Shown: positions 10,401-23,105 of the stretch, in pieces
How the letters are laid out: the number at the start of each line of letters is the position of its first letter
How positions within the stretch are numbered: position 1 is the first letter of the stretch
From: Enoplolaimus lenunculus
Taxonomy: Eukaryota
NCBI GenBank assembly: GCA_030248215.1
Contig: JASANG010002125.1
Location: forward strand, 248,001 to 312,000
Length of the DNA: 64,000 nt
Direction of reading: 5' to 3'
Translations under genes and position numbers: made by a program
Notes under the pieces: model-generated
What the model saw: only the letters and a program-made list of their open reading frames with translations
Databases searched by the model: none
Told to the model about the DNA's origin: nothing

Positions 10401-13400
10401 TATGATACGTTTGTGTACCTAAGTAAGAAATATGGCGTTGAGCGTCGAGGACCATAACTATTTAGTAAAGGTCTGTCTAATCTTTTGGTGCATTGGTTTG
10501 ATGGCAATTTTTTTACATTCTTCTCGTCCAATGGGTTCTGTTCACGTATGGTTAATTTTAACTCGTTCCCGTTTTCATATCACGGGCAATGAATCTGGCT
10601 TGATTAGGCTTCAAAACGACGCAAGAACATATATTGCTTTTGGTGATAAAGCCAAGGGCGAACCTAACGGATTTTATCCAAATTTAAACATCTGCACTGC
10701 GATTTTGCCAAAATTACGTCTGGCTTCTTGTTCGCTTGACCGTCAGGTACCACCAAACAGTGCTCAGCGTTTTTAAAGTCAACTTGTAAAACTTAGCCTG
10801 ATGCAAAAGTAAATTGTTTTAAAAGAGTTTGAATACAGAAACATGCACATTTTATGCGTACTTCGTCAACCTCAGATGCCTCCCATCGCCAAAAAATTTT
10901 GGGTCCGCCGCTGCAGTTTAATCCTATCAGTATTTGAAATTTCGGCACCCAACAGTCGCTCAGCTACGTAAATAATTTATTACTTTGTCATTTCCGCCTT
11001 CAGTACAAACTCGCTATTTGAATCATTAAGTAGGTTTAGGCCAGCCAAACGTTGCCAGTTTTGTGTTTGGATAGCTGTCAAGCTTTAGTTGGTATACGTT
11101 TGGAATTATAGTATAATTTAAATAGATTTACAGTTTAAATGTTGACAGCAAGCAATTATCATTTACTATGCCGGAGCTTTCATTTGAGGGCGGTAGGGCG
11201 AAATCTAAAAGGTTTTAAAGAAATGTAGAAATTTCCAAAATTTATTTTTCTAAATATTAATTTTTTTAAATTATTTCAGTCAGTACGGCTCTTGGGCACT
11301 TTTCAACTTAGACTTAAACTTTGAGTTACAAATCGCCTTTTCATGCCTCTATACCTTTGTCTTAACCTCAACGATAATTTTCAATCACTAATGTTTACTA
11401 TAAGAATCGCTTAATACTATTTCTATTTTATCGAATATTTGCACATAAGGCTTTCGTTACTTTAAATTATGCTCGTATTCTCAAATGTGTATAGTACGTA
11501 TACCCAGTTGACGAACAGCAATTGTACCTTTGGAACTATTAAGTCCGTATTCTAAAATATGTGTAGCACCTATCACCAATTGGTGAAAGGTCCTCTAAAT
11601 TTGGCACCACTGCATGCTGAGGTTTGAAATTTAGCTCATTGTGTTTGATTTGCCGTATTTGTGTACCAATTTTGACATCTGCAATTGCAGATGTACGTCA
11701 GCTTGAAAACCTATCGCTAACTAAACATAGGTGCTATATGCATTTGAGAATATGGAATTTAGAGCCAGTTTCAAAATTTAATAAAGTTTTCGGCTCCCAT
11801 ATGCGCTAATTCTATACAAATTAATAGAATTCGTAACTACTGGCTGGTTGACGATAGGTACAGTATTCATTTGAATGTATGGTCTTTAATGTCTCAGATT
11901 TAACTTGTATGCGAGTACGTAAACAACGCATTAACACTGATCCTAGAATCATGTCTATAGCATAATATAGCATGTAATAGCTCTTGTCCACTTTCTACTA
12001 CAGTTGAAGTTCAAGACTTAGGCTCAAGCTTAGGAGTCAATGTATAGATGAGGGTCGCAACAGTGTATACGCATATTCCTAAGCCTAATTCTAAGCCTAA
12101 TCCAAAGGCGTCGTAAAAGAATAGGCGTATTCCTAAGCGTACGACTACGCGCAAGCCAAAGCCTGTACACTAGAATAACCGTATTCGTAAGCGTAAGCCT
12201 ACGCCTAACAAAAAAGGTCTAAAGCTGAAGCTTTACTCCCGCGATGGGACGGCTTAGGCAAAGCCTTGCGCTTGAGCAAACCCTTTACCCAAAACCTAAG
12301 CATGAACCTGAGCATTAGCCTATAAATTGAAGGTGTACAAAACCGCATATATATTAACCACAGCCTACTATTAACACATTTCATTAAAGGTTGCCTATAC
12401 GCCTGCAATATGGTGATTCCCACACAAATACTCACCGTTTAGTGGTTTCAAGTATGCACGGGCCCATAGCCAAGTGAGGTTGGGCAGAGGGCTCAGCCCC
12501 ACTAGAAAAACTTTGCTGCCCCCTAAAAATATTCAATTTTGCTTGTAAGTCAACGAAAATCCTTGTATGCCGCTCGTGAAAAATTTACAGCATCCCTGGC
12601 AACGCGGGCTGACTAAAGGCTTGAGTATGTAGCCAAACGGTTATTTCAATGTTAGGGAAATTTAGTCATCACCAACACGTGACGGACATACGCTGTCGCT
12701 CAGCTACAAAGTTCAAATGGTGGGGCCGACTCTGAAAAAGCTACTGAAATATTGGTATTTAGTTTGACGTAAACAAATTTTCGGCCATGTGAGGGCCTGC
12801 CTACTAAGTCAATTACCTTTCCAATATCCAATTCCTGTTGTCTCCCAGTAAACTGGCTCATATAATTAACATCGGGTCAAATAGTTAACAGCGTTTCAAT
12901 AAGATAGTGTCATTACGAGACAAATATCAATTCAATACTCGTATACCGGGACACCGTAACACCCTGACCCCCTCTCAGTATAAAACTGGGCAATCACTGT
13001 CACAGATTGCAATATTAGTGCCATGCAAGGGCGTGTACAAGGAGAGATAAAGGGGATATATTCCCTATTTTTAAACAGACAAATTAAGGCACATGCTAGC
13101 AATCCTTGGACTAATAACTTTCTAAATCCACGAGGTTAAAAATTTGTTTAAATATAACAACATATAATACAATATATATATAAATATATATTTATATATA
13201 CTATATATACTATATATATTTATATATATGTATATATCTAATATATATAATATATATACGCTCCCTTTATGCAATCGTGATTACTATCTTGGCACCATTG
13301 CGTGTATTTGTGCCATGCCCATTATATGTATACATGCACAGTTTGAGGCCGCAAACATGAAAAGTTTATTTGCTCGACGAGTTTCAAATTACCTCAATAA

Positions 13401-14599
13401 ATTTCGGTCCGAACTCTATGCAGTGAATCGGTGTTTTGTTGAAATTTTTTTAATTTACACTATCCTGCTCAAACAAAGCACACATCTTGGTTGACGTTTA
13501 AGTTCCGGTTCCTACGGTCTTTTTCAAATATTTAAACTGTTTTATAAGCACTAATTAGAAATTTTAGGCGTGGGCAGAACATTTTAGTAGTCACGGGTTT
13601 GTAAACAAAACTAATATTCTGATATAATGGAATAATTGCATCAGTTGTTTGGGCAAACGGTTTCCAGTTCCTGCTGGAGCTAGGTTTTATGGATATGAGC
13701 AGTGAAAGTTAAGATATCGACAGTTTTCAGGCTAAAATTTGGATTAGTTGGCAAAAACCAAAACAGTTTTCGACATTGGCAGAATTTGTATCAGAAATGG
13801 GTTTGCAAGCAAAATCAAAATTCTGCTACACATAATCTTTATTCGCAGCAATTATTGAACCTCTGGAATTCAGCTTATGCTGACGAACATAGACGCTCAC
13901 GCTTGTGACTGGTTTGTTGTTTTCGTAGCTAAGGGGGCCCTGAGCCTTCTTGGAAAACCATTGACACCCTCTAGAAAATTTTCAACCCTGCTTGTAAGTC
14001 AACGCAAATTTGTCAGCACCCCTAGCAAGCTGTGCTGGCTACGCACATGGACTGGTTGCGTAGGTGCTTGAAAGTTATTGATTAGTTAAGCTTGAAACCT
14101 TAGGCTTAAGCCTAAGTATAAGTTTAAACATAACATTAAGCTTAAGTCTATTTTCATGCCGAAGTTACACTGAAATCTTCAAATGTCGAAAATGGTAGAG
14201 AGCATAATTCGGTGGTTATAACTTTTAAATCGCGATTCATATTGGATGCCCCCCCCTGGCTTCTATGGCTCACTATTGTCAATGGTCGGTAAAAGCTACG
14301 CTGCTGTTGAGGTTTTATTTGTAATTAATGTGAAAGTAATCATATTACAATGAGTAAGACATTATTTATTTTCATGTCCTAAGACGCTCAGGAGTATATT
14401 CTAGCATTTTGCAAATTATACGAAACGAGATTATAGCCAGGGGGCATGGCTTTAGATATTTCACAATAACCGACAAAATGATGGTTGTTTTGGAAAATTG
14501 TTGACCAGGATATTGCTCTAAATCCTTGTATGCCCAGCTCATAAATTTGCATGATCCTCTCATTGCCATATTGGATCTAGCTAGTGGATGATGCATACT

Positions 14600-15238
14600 A
14601 ACAAGAGTGTGCAACTGGTTACATTCTGTATAGAAAAAACGTACCCAGCGCGCGTTGAATTTTTGGCCTACCCCCTTTCATTTAGAGGGGGTACAACCTA
14701 TGCGAACCATGCGACTTTATGTATCCGGCAACAAATTGCTCCGCTTATAATTTAATTTAGGGTTATTGCATGTGACAGCGTGCCCCCCTCCAAACATGGG
14801 GGGTCGGCCAAAAACGCAACGCACGGTGGTACTTTCTACCATGCGGAACCCAAAGAGTTGCACACTCTTGTATCATGCACTCTTGGTTATACCAGAGTGG
14901 ATGATCACTCTTTATAACAAGAGTGTACAACTGGGTACATTCTGTGTATTAAAGAATGTACCCGGCACGCGTTGCGTTTTTGGCCTACCCCCCTTGTTTG
15001 GGGGGGGTCTGTATGCAGTTTTATATCGTAGTAATGCTAGGAGCAAATTGTAACCCTTCTTCGTTTAAGGGGGGGGGTAGGTGTACTGAAGCATGCTATG
15101 TTAATCTCTTGCTTAACCCCCCCCACCTGATTGAGGGGGGGTCGAACAAAAATGCAACGCGTGCTGGTACATTTAGTACCATGCATAGCCCAAGCAGTTG
15201 CACACTCTTCTGCAAGGTGGACATCATCCACTCTTGAT
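14600..15238 (-). mobile_element. Bipartite inverted-repeat element (CAAGAGTG...CACTCTTG)
   Basis: Reverse complement of 46579-47233. Confidence 0.7.
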
Positions 15239-15485
15239 TATACGTAGGCTTTTGGCTGGCGCCCTCCAAATAGACTCGATCTAAAAGTAAACAATCTTGA
15301 ATTGCAATTGTAGGAGGGTTCCCAAAATTATTCAAATATAATTTTCTGCGTACGCCCGAGCGTTTTAACCGCAACGTCTTTGTTGCGTTGATTAAAAATT
15401 GAAATTTTAAAAATCCAGCACTTCACAATTAAAATTTATGATTTTATCTCAACTAAGCGTTGATTTAATGACGGTGTTGTTTGAG

Positions 15486-15748
15486 CAAATCCTACTGTCA
15501 TTAAGACCAATCATTTGAGGCTATCAAATCCTACTGTCATTAAGACCAATCATTTGAGGCTATCAAATCCTACTGTCATTAAGACCAATCATTTGAGGCT
15601 ATCAAATCCTACTGTCATTAAGACCAATCATTTGAGGCTATCAAATCCTACTGTCATGAAGACCAATCATTTGAGGCTATCAAATCCTACTGTCATGAAG
15701 ACCAATCATTTGAGGCTATCAAATTCTACTGTCATTAAGACCAATCAT
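15486..15748. repeat. 39-bp minisatellite, about 7 copies
   Basis: CAAATCCTACTGTCATTAAGACCAATCATTTGAGGCTAT units. Confidence 0.95.
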
Positions 15749-16346
15749 TGGCGGCTAATCGTCTGATGTACCAGTAGGCTCGTAACCAGACGTCCAGGTG
15801 GCTCAGATCGTTGTAGAAAAATTTTGGTCTTTTCATAAGGTTTGGCTCCGTTTGCAAGTCATTTGAAATTGCTCCATAATCTTTCTGGAATTCCCACTAG
15901 CATATGTTAAGCTGGATCCGGTCCGTATTCTAAATATATCCTAACGGTGCATAACGTAGTTTTAAATTGATTTTTCCCCTCAATTCACAGGCCTCAAAAT
16001 TTAAATATTGAGTATTGATTAAAAATAAACACAGTGATTAATATATGTTTGTACTTGCACTGTATACTAAGTAACATTAAAGATAATTGCTATTTTTGCC
16101 GATAATAGTCCCATGCGGCTTGGTAAACGCACACAAACGACTCGACTTTTTTTTGAGTAAAGTGCACGCATATGGACAAGGAGTACAGCAAAATTATAAT
16201 GCGAATGCTCGAGACAATGCGACTCGCGTCAAAATTTAAAATTGAGTTAAAAGTTTACTGCTCAGAGTCGAGATTGAACGTCAAATACTACAGTGAATTC
16301 TGAGCATCCGGTACACTGCGGTTGTGGTTTTTAGTTTGTACCAAAC

Positions 16347-16347
<1 letters not shown>

Positions 16348-16397
<50 letters not shown>
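16348..16397. repeat. (GTT)n microsatellite
   Basis: Direct inspection. Confidence 0.95.
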
Positions 16398-16454
16398 ATA
16401 TTAACGCAATAATTGCAATAATATGTGTTATTTTAGTTGTTACAATATATAGTA

Positions 16455-16662
16455 CACTGCAAAAAATGGCGAGTCAAATTGACTCTCGTCGAAATAGGCT
16501 TTTCGGGACTAACAAATTGAGTCAAATTCGATTCCGTCAGAAATAAACGTGCTACTTAGTGAGTTGAATTTGGCATTAGCGGAGTCGAATTTGACTCAGT
16601 TTGTGGAGTTAGGAAAAGCCTATTTCGGAGAGAGTCAATTTCACTCACCATTTTTTGCTGTG
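16455..16662. mobile_element. Palindromic MITE with CACTG termini and TA flanks (CMC/EnSpm-like), family E
   Basis: CACTGCAAAAAATGG(C/T)GAGTCAAATTGACTC long TIRs; multiple GAGTC/GACTC motifs. Confidence 0.8.
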
Positions 16663-17333
16663 TAGAGAGGTATATTTACGCCGCTTTTCTATGCTATTAC
16701 TATTTTGGGCCTGGCATCATGTCATCATTTCAAGACACTTAGTGCGATAACCAGATTTAATTGAAAGTTTTAGTTGGCAAATTTCTTTGTATTAAATAAC
16801 TATTAAATGCTAATTGAGTTAAATGGCTTCAAATTCCTCACAGAGAATCATGAATTCGCCTCTAGTATTGACACATTGTTATTCGAAAACCATCGCATTG
16901 GTTTGTATTTAAAACGAATAAGTATATCAGCCCCAATTTCAACCGTTCCTGCATTATGTTAAATGTAAAATAACCGATCACATTAAACACAGTTAAAAGC
17001 TTTTTAAAACAATAACGCACAATACCGTTCAACTCGTAATAAAACGTTTTACCGTTGAAATTCAGTCTGTTTTAGTCAACATTTGAACTTTTGTTTATTA
17101 AAACAACTGTCTGAAAATAGGGTTTTCAACTTAAACTTCAAGCGTGAATCTTTCGTCGAAAAAATATTCTAAAAAATGCAACTTGGGACAATGTGCTGGG
17201 CAATGACAGATCCATGTATTTCTAAGAGAGGCTGTTCGAGATATAGAACGCTCGCGAAGGAAACGAATGCAAAACCACATGCCACTTAAATCATTAATAC
17301 AAAATCGGGGTTTCGATCCTTGTGAATTGGGTC

Positions 17334-17985
17334 TTTAGGCTGGGTTGTGCCTCTTTGATTCGCAAGTGGTGCTAGCCGTAGCGCGGGGGGGGGCATAAAG
17401 TGTGTCATTAAAAATTAATCGTATTTCAGTACATTTGATTGAGGGAGGTAATTAGCTCTGCATCTAAAAATTGGTTATTCAATGGAAGCATAGAATTCTT
17501 CAAATCAGGGGCGGAACATTTTTCGATGGGACTGCAGTAGAGTAAGCTTTAGGCTGGGGTGTGCCTCTTTGATTCGCAAGTGGTGCTAGCCGTAGCGCGG
17601 GGGGGGGGGGCAGAAAGTGTGTCATTAAAAAATTAATCGTATTTCAGTACATGTGATTGAGGGAGGTAATTAGCTCTGCATCTAAAAATTGGTTATTCAA
17701 TGGAAGGATAGAATTATTCAAATCAGGGGCGGAACATTTTTCGATGGGACTGCAGTAGAGTAAGCTTTAGGCTGGGGTGTGCCTCTTTGATTCGCAAGTG
17801 GTGCTAGTCGTAGCGCGGGGGGGGCATAAAGTGTGTCATTAAAAAATTAATCGTATTTCAGTACATGTGATTGAGGGAGGTAATTAGCTCTGCATCTAAA
17901 AATTGGTTATTCAATGGAAGCGTAGAATTCTTCAAATCAGGGGCGGAACATTTTTCTATGGGACTGCAGTAGAGTAAGCTTAAGC
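17334..17985. repeat. Tandem triplication of about 215 bp that includes a family A MITE end
   Basis: Units start CTTTAGGCTGGG at about 17334, 17547 and 17765. Confidence 0.9.
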
Positions 17986-18015
17986 TTTAGACTAATTTTT
18001 TTGCTTGGCTTAGGC

Positions 18016-18206
18016 GGACCATGGAAAGATCAGGGGCGGAACGTTTTTCTATGGGACTGCAGTAGAGTTGGTTTATGCTTTAGACTAATTTTTCTGCTTG
18101 GCTTAGGTTTAGTGATATGCTCGTTCTTACACTTAGTCTTAGGCTTAGACGTAGGAATATGCTTATAATACTGAATACTGCTCCGACCTTGTTCTTTACA
18201 TTGGCC
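18016..18206 (-). mobile_element. TTAGGC-carrying MITE, family A
   Basis: GGACCATGGAAAGATCAGGGGCGGAAC ... GTTCTTTACATTGGCC. Confidence 0.75.
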
Positions 18207-18307
18207 AAATGTTTCAGGAAAAAAATTGAATTTGAGACAAACATTGACAAGCAAAGCACTGGTGAATCCAGAAAATTTCGGCTGGACACGCAATTTAATG
18301 ACTAATA

Positions 18308-21300
18308 ATGAAAAAACCAGCAAACTGTGCAAGCGAGAAACCAAACGCAATTTTAGTGCTAAATCTTAATGAAAGAATTTTGGTAAGCATACTTAATTAT
18401 ACGCCTGTGCTTGGGGCTCCTGGTCTCGGATCCGTCCGTGATATGATGACATTGTAGAGACTGCGCTCAGAGAGTACCGTACGACAGATGTTTTAAAGAC
18501 TGTTTTCAGCTTTAAATTTAAATGTTTAACCGCCATTTTACTCTATCTTATTGATGATTCAGTATATAATATCATTTGAAATAGCGTTTGAATTTTTAAA
18601 TTAATATTATCGCTGTGGCCGCAACGTAACATGCGATCGTATACAAAGGTTAGGTTTGTTAATTTGTATATGTAAACTGTATATTAGGGCGCATATTCTC
18701 AAATGTATATAGCAACCATCTCAGTTAGTAGTAGGTTTTCAAACTCTCTAGCTATTGTAGTTGTTGAACTCAAAATTGGTACAAAAGTAGAGCATATATA
18801 TATATACATAAAATGAGCTAAATTTTAAGCCTGAGCACTCACTGATTCGAAAGTTTTATGACCTACCAACTGGTGATAGGTGGTACACACATTTGAGAAT
18901 ACGAGCCTTGGGATCTAGAGTATGTTATTTATGTTTATTATGAAAATATTGCGACTTTTGAGTAATCTGTCAAAGAATTAGTGACCGTTGATATAAAACT
19001 TCTAACATCTTTACTTTAATTAATATATTTAGTTTTATTTGAAATTTAATGCATAGTTCAAAATAACTTTTGAGTGCTTGTGTCCGATTTGTACCGGGGT
19101 TAGGTTTACTCTCATGTACACACTTTAAAAGGTACACTCGTTAGCCTCACCGTAACGACTTTAAATTCATTACTAGCTTCGAAAAATTGCTAGGATTTTA
19201 GCTAAAAAAATCAATCCGAGTCTATTTTTGTCCCTTGACCAATTTGACCTTTGTACACTTCCTGCCAAATTCAAGGCTCGGGTTGAATAAAGCTGTAGGC
19301 TAAGGTTTAAGCTCGGGTAAGCCTGTTTCTGTATTTGAGCCAATCCATGTGGTTGGAAAGTGGTCAAGAGCCACCAATTTTGTTGGTTGATGCTAACTTC
19401 AAACTATTAGCCGACCGAGCCTAAACCGGAACCTAAGTCTAAACATAAGCTTTCCAGTGTCAAAAGTCCTTCAGTCACCTAGTGTGCAATTCTGTTCTTG
19501 ACAAGGGCCGAAACTTAGAACCGTTGTATTTTTATAGATTTCAAACGATCCAACTACCGTTTCTGAAGTCGGGATTTCGAAAAGCGACTCATGGTATACG
19601 ATGGCGAACAAACTCCAGTACAGTTTGTCTCAACATATCAACCGACCGACACAATCGGTAGGCCAGATTCAAAAAATGTCGTCACCTCGATCTGAAACGT
19701 TTACTGAAACTTCAAAGTATGGCAATTCTACTGTGGGTGACTCTCAAATGACGTAAGTAAACCAGAGCTAAATTGCCATGTTTGTATAGATTTATACCAA
19801 GGCTAAAGGTACACGCATAGGTAAGCTATTTTCTTAACCTAAAGCTTTAACTTAACCACGGGCGCTGCTCGCTTTTTATTTCGGTAAGATATAACCGTGT
19901 GTGGAACAAAAATTCTATGTCCTCTAAGATGCAGAAGGTTATTTAAAGCTTGTAACAAGTGTCTTTTTCTTATCCTGAAATTTCAGGACGGGTCTTCTGA
20001 AATTTCAGGAGGTCATATCGATATGCCCTTTATCCCTCAAACGCTTATCAGAACTCAGGATGTTGAGTTGATTCAGTTCATTCTGAGTTAATTAATCAAC
20101 TCACCCAGAGTCAACTCAACTCAGGGTGAGAATTAACTCAACTCAGTGTGAGTTAATGCTTATTGTTATTAACTCAGAAATTACTAACTCGCTGGCTGAG
20201 TTGATAAATCAACTCATTGCAAGTTACAGTGTACGCGCTCCTGATCCTGTTTTATTCTAAGCGTAAATGTGCGTAAAAAGTGTACAAGAGACAATTTTTT
20301 GGTTTATTTTCAGTAAACATGACAACAACTGCATCAAATGGATTACGGGTGATCGACGCATTATTACTGCGTTATTTAGCAACGGCTACAGGTTTGTTAT
20401 ATTGTAAAGTTTTTCGCTGAGTTTAGCCTGAATAACCAGGTTTTCATTTCGGTGAAGTATGCCTACAGAAGTTTATGCTCGTATTCTCAAATTAGCGTAG
20501 CACTTTAGCATTACACTGTAAATTCCGATGAGTTGATTAATCACAGAGAGCGAATTAGTCATTTCTGGTTATTTCTGACTTAAAAACACGAAACATCAAC
20601 TCGCACTGTGTTGACTCAATTCCGAGCAGGTTGATAAATTAACTCAGAATGAGTTTCAGTTGATTCTCACTCTAATTTGAGCAGACTCTGGGTGCGTTGA
20701 TTAATTAACTCAGGCTAAATTGAATCAACTCACAATTCTGAGTTCTGATAGTCCTAACTCAGACTGAGTGATTCAACTCATTCTGAGTTGAAATCAACTC
20801 GCTGAAATTTACAGGGTATATACTAACAAGCGAAAGAGCTAAAAAATAACAAATAGCAATATTTTAGATCAGTTGATAACGACAATATTAGCAAGACTGT
20901 TGAAGAAACTATTAACGCTGAAAATCCGACCACTAGCGCTGTACCGTCTGTTTCACAGGTATATTTGTAGCCGCATTTTCCGTCGTCTTTTGCTCCTATT
21001 GTCATTTAACAGTGTTTCTATAAAACCAAACTTAATTCGGTAGTTGAAATTTTGAAAATAAGCTTATATTCTAGCAGAGTAGTTTGAAGTCTAAAAAGTA
21101 ACTAAAATCACAAGTCACAAGCCAAACAGGTTACTAAACAATGTTTCAAGTTTTTTTATTGAAACAATCAGGCAAAACCGCATGCTTAATTGTGTCTACA
21201 AGCATCTACTGGCAATAAGAATTTCGGGCAAATTTTATGAATTCGAACAACAGACAGGATAGGATCAGTGACAAGCTGACCCTTCGTTGAAAAATTTTGC

Positions 21301-21808
21301 CACATTAGAAAAGTTTGAGCCCGGTTTGTAAGCGATTTAAAATATTTGCACACCAAACTTGAAAATTTTACGCCTCTCTTAGCCTGTTGAGTTGGGTGGT
21401 ACATGCCTGCGGGCCAATGTTACTTTTAGGGGCGTAACAGTAGATTAAGCGTATTCCTAAGCCTAAGCCTAAGCCTAAGCGTTGTAAAAATGTGTTCCTA
21501 AGCCTAACCCTAAGCCTAAGCCTAGCCTAAGCAAAAAATGTAATCTAGAATCTAAACCTACTCTTTTATAGACCCACCACAACCGTGGACGCCCCTTAAA
21601 GTAAAACTGGCCCGCCTGTGCATCAATTCACCCGGTAAAAAATTAGCGAAATCTTTTACCAAATTCTGATTGGCGTCTCGCAATTATATGGATAAGGACG
21701 CAAGGACCGTGAATTATTTTAAGTTTGTGATGTGCAGGTTGTTTATTTCAGCGATCGAACACGGTCACTCGAAACACGGCAACAGCGGCGACAATGGCTA
21801 AAAATGAG
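18308..21808 (+). CDS. Uncharacterised Ser/Thr-rich protein, 5' part (exons 18308-18382, 19538-19752, 20314-20391, 20868-20958, 21752-21808; continues downstream)
   Basis: Five exons with canonical acceptors (ttatag, ttttcag, ttttag, tttcag) and donors (gtaagc, gtaagt, gtttgt, gtatat, gtaaac). They join in matching phases (0,2,2,0) into an open frame MKKPANCASEK...ISNDPTTVSE...KHDNNCIKWITG...SVDNDNISK...RSNTVTRN...KNE. No domain recognised. Confidence 0.6.
18688..18908. mobile_element. Harbinger-like MITE with TATTCTCAAATGT termini (relatives at about 4915-5135, 11470-11755, 52180-52385)
   Basis: CATATTCTCAAATGTATATAGC ... ACACACATTTGAGAATACG. Confidence 0.65.
20514..20815. mobile_element. 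CACTGTAAA-terminal MITE built of AACTCA/TGAGTT motifs (partial relatives at about 20050-20231 and 26085-26113)
   Basis: CACTGTAAATTCCGATGAGTTGATT ... AATCAACTCGCTGAAATTTACAG. Confidence 0.65.
21412..21612 (+). mobile_element. TTAGGC-carrying MITE, family B
   Basis: Both TIRs present; TSD TGCCTGCG/CGCCTGTG. Confidence 0.8.
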
Positions 21809-22215
21809 GTAAACTACTTTTAAGATGGTTATTCTTTCCCCATCAGATTTTAGGTTAAGGTTTAGGTAAGTGTCTTTTTGAGTACTATGCCTAAAAGCCT
21901 AAACCTGTGGGTGAAAGTGAATGAGAGTTAAGTTAAAAAGGGAATTTATTTAATTTGGTGCACAAATTGCTGCACGGCTTCGGAAAACAAGTCGACCCTA
22001 ATATTACCCCGTAAGCTGCCCTGGTACACTTTACTTGTCATTGGACACATTGGCAGATATCCAAATTCCGGATGGGGAAACGCTGTTCGCAATATAACAA
22101 CAATAAAAGTTTGCGAGTGAAACGAACAAGAACTCCAAGCAATTTTTACTACGAAATCATAACAAAACGCATTAATTTTGTTTTGATCCCCTGGCAGGGC
22201 GCGGCTTAGGCATGC

Positions 22216-22591
22216 ACTAGCCGATCCAGAAGTGAGTCGGGGGCATACGCTCATTGTCAGAAATTTTTTCTATCATAAAACGGTATGGTTCCTACATTAC
22301 AATTTTTCCTCTCAGAAAACTGACACAGGGACGTCTGGGGCATACGCTCATTGTCAGAAATTTTTTCTATCATAAAACGGTATGGTTCCTACATTACAAT
22401 TTTTCCTCTCAGAAAACTGACACAGGGACGTCTGGGGCATACGCTCATTGTCAGAAATTTTTTCTATCATAAAACGATATGGTTCCTACATTACAATTTT
22501 TCCTCTCAGAAAACTGACACATATGCAGTAACATTGCGTTTCGTAACTTTTACAACCCTGTCCCCGTCAGAAATATCTGGATCCGCCGCTG
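22216..22591 (+). mobile_element. Family D-type MITE with an internal 97-bp triplication (about 22232-22520)
   Basis: Ends in GGATCCGCCGCTG; three near-identical copies of GGGGCATACGCTCATTGTCAG...CTGACACA. Confidence 0.7.
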
Positions 22592-22833
22592 TAGGCCTGG
22601 AGTGTCCGCCTGAATATAGACAAGGTTTAGAAGGGAGTTTTTTTGTTGTTCTACGTAACTTTAGAGAGTATTATGTGATTTGTAGGCTTTCAAGATTGCC
22701 GAAACAACCGCATCAAAAGCAGCTGTACTGACGCAATCGATTTCCAATAAGGTACAACGCTACTTTCTCGTTGCAGTATATTACTGTGATTTATGTGACA
22801 CGTATATACTGGGTGTTTTTAAGTTGTATTCTC

Positions 22834-23005
22834 CAATGGCGGATCCATGGGGGGGCCACCCCGGCCGTGGCCCCCCCAACAGCATCTAGACAAAAATTAT
22901 ATAGCAATTTTATGACAATAATTCGTGGTTTGTGTGCGGGTCAAAAGTAAGTTTATTACCTGTGAAATTTTGGCCCCCCATTTTGACATCCTGGATCCGC
23001 CACTG
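22834..23005. mobile_element. hAT-like MITE, family D
   Basis: CAATGGCGGATCC ... GGATCCGCCACTG; perfect 8-bp TSD GTATTCTC. Related ends at about 9389-9673 and 22216-22591. Confidence 0.85.
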
Positions 23006-23074
23006 GTATTCTCGGCTTTTTTTAAAAAACCATAAGCTTAAATGGAACAATAAACTGACGTTTAAGCTACATAT

Positions 23075-23105
<31 letters not shown>

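Noticed and set aside
10432..10776. 114-aa ORF or exon-like block
   Set aside because: No recognisable motif and no consistent splice model on either strand.
15486..15748. CRISPR-like or repeat-protein interpretation
   Set aside because: The 39-bp units are contiguous with no unique spacers, and the context is eukaryotic.
16322..16546. Signal-peptide-like poly-Leu ORFs (also 29044-29313)
   Set aside because: Produced by (GTT)n and (TTA)n microsatellites.
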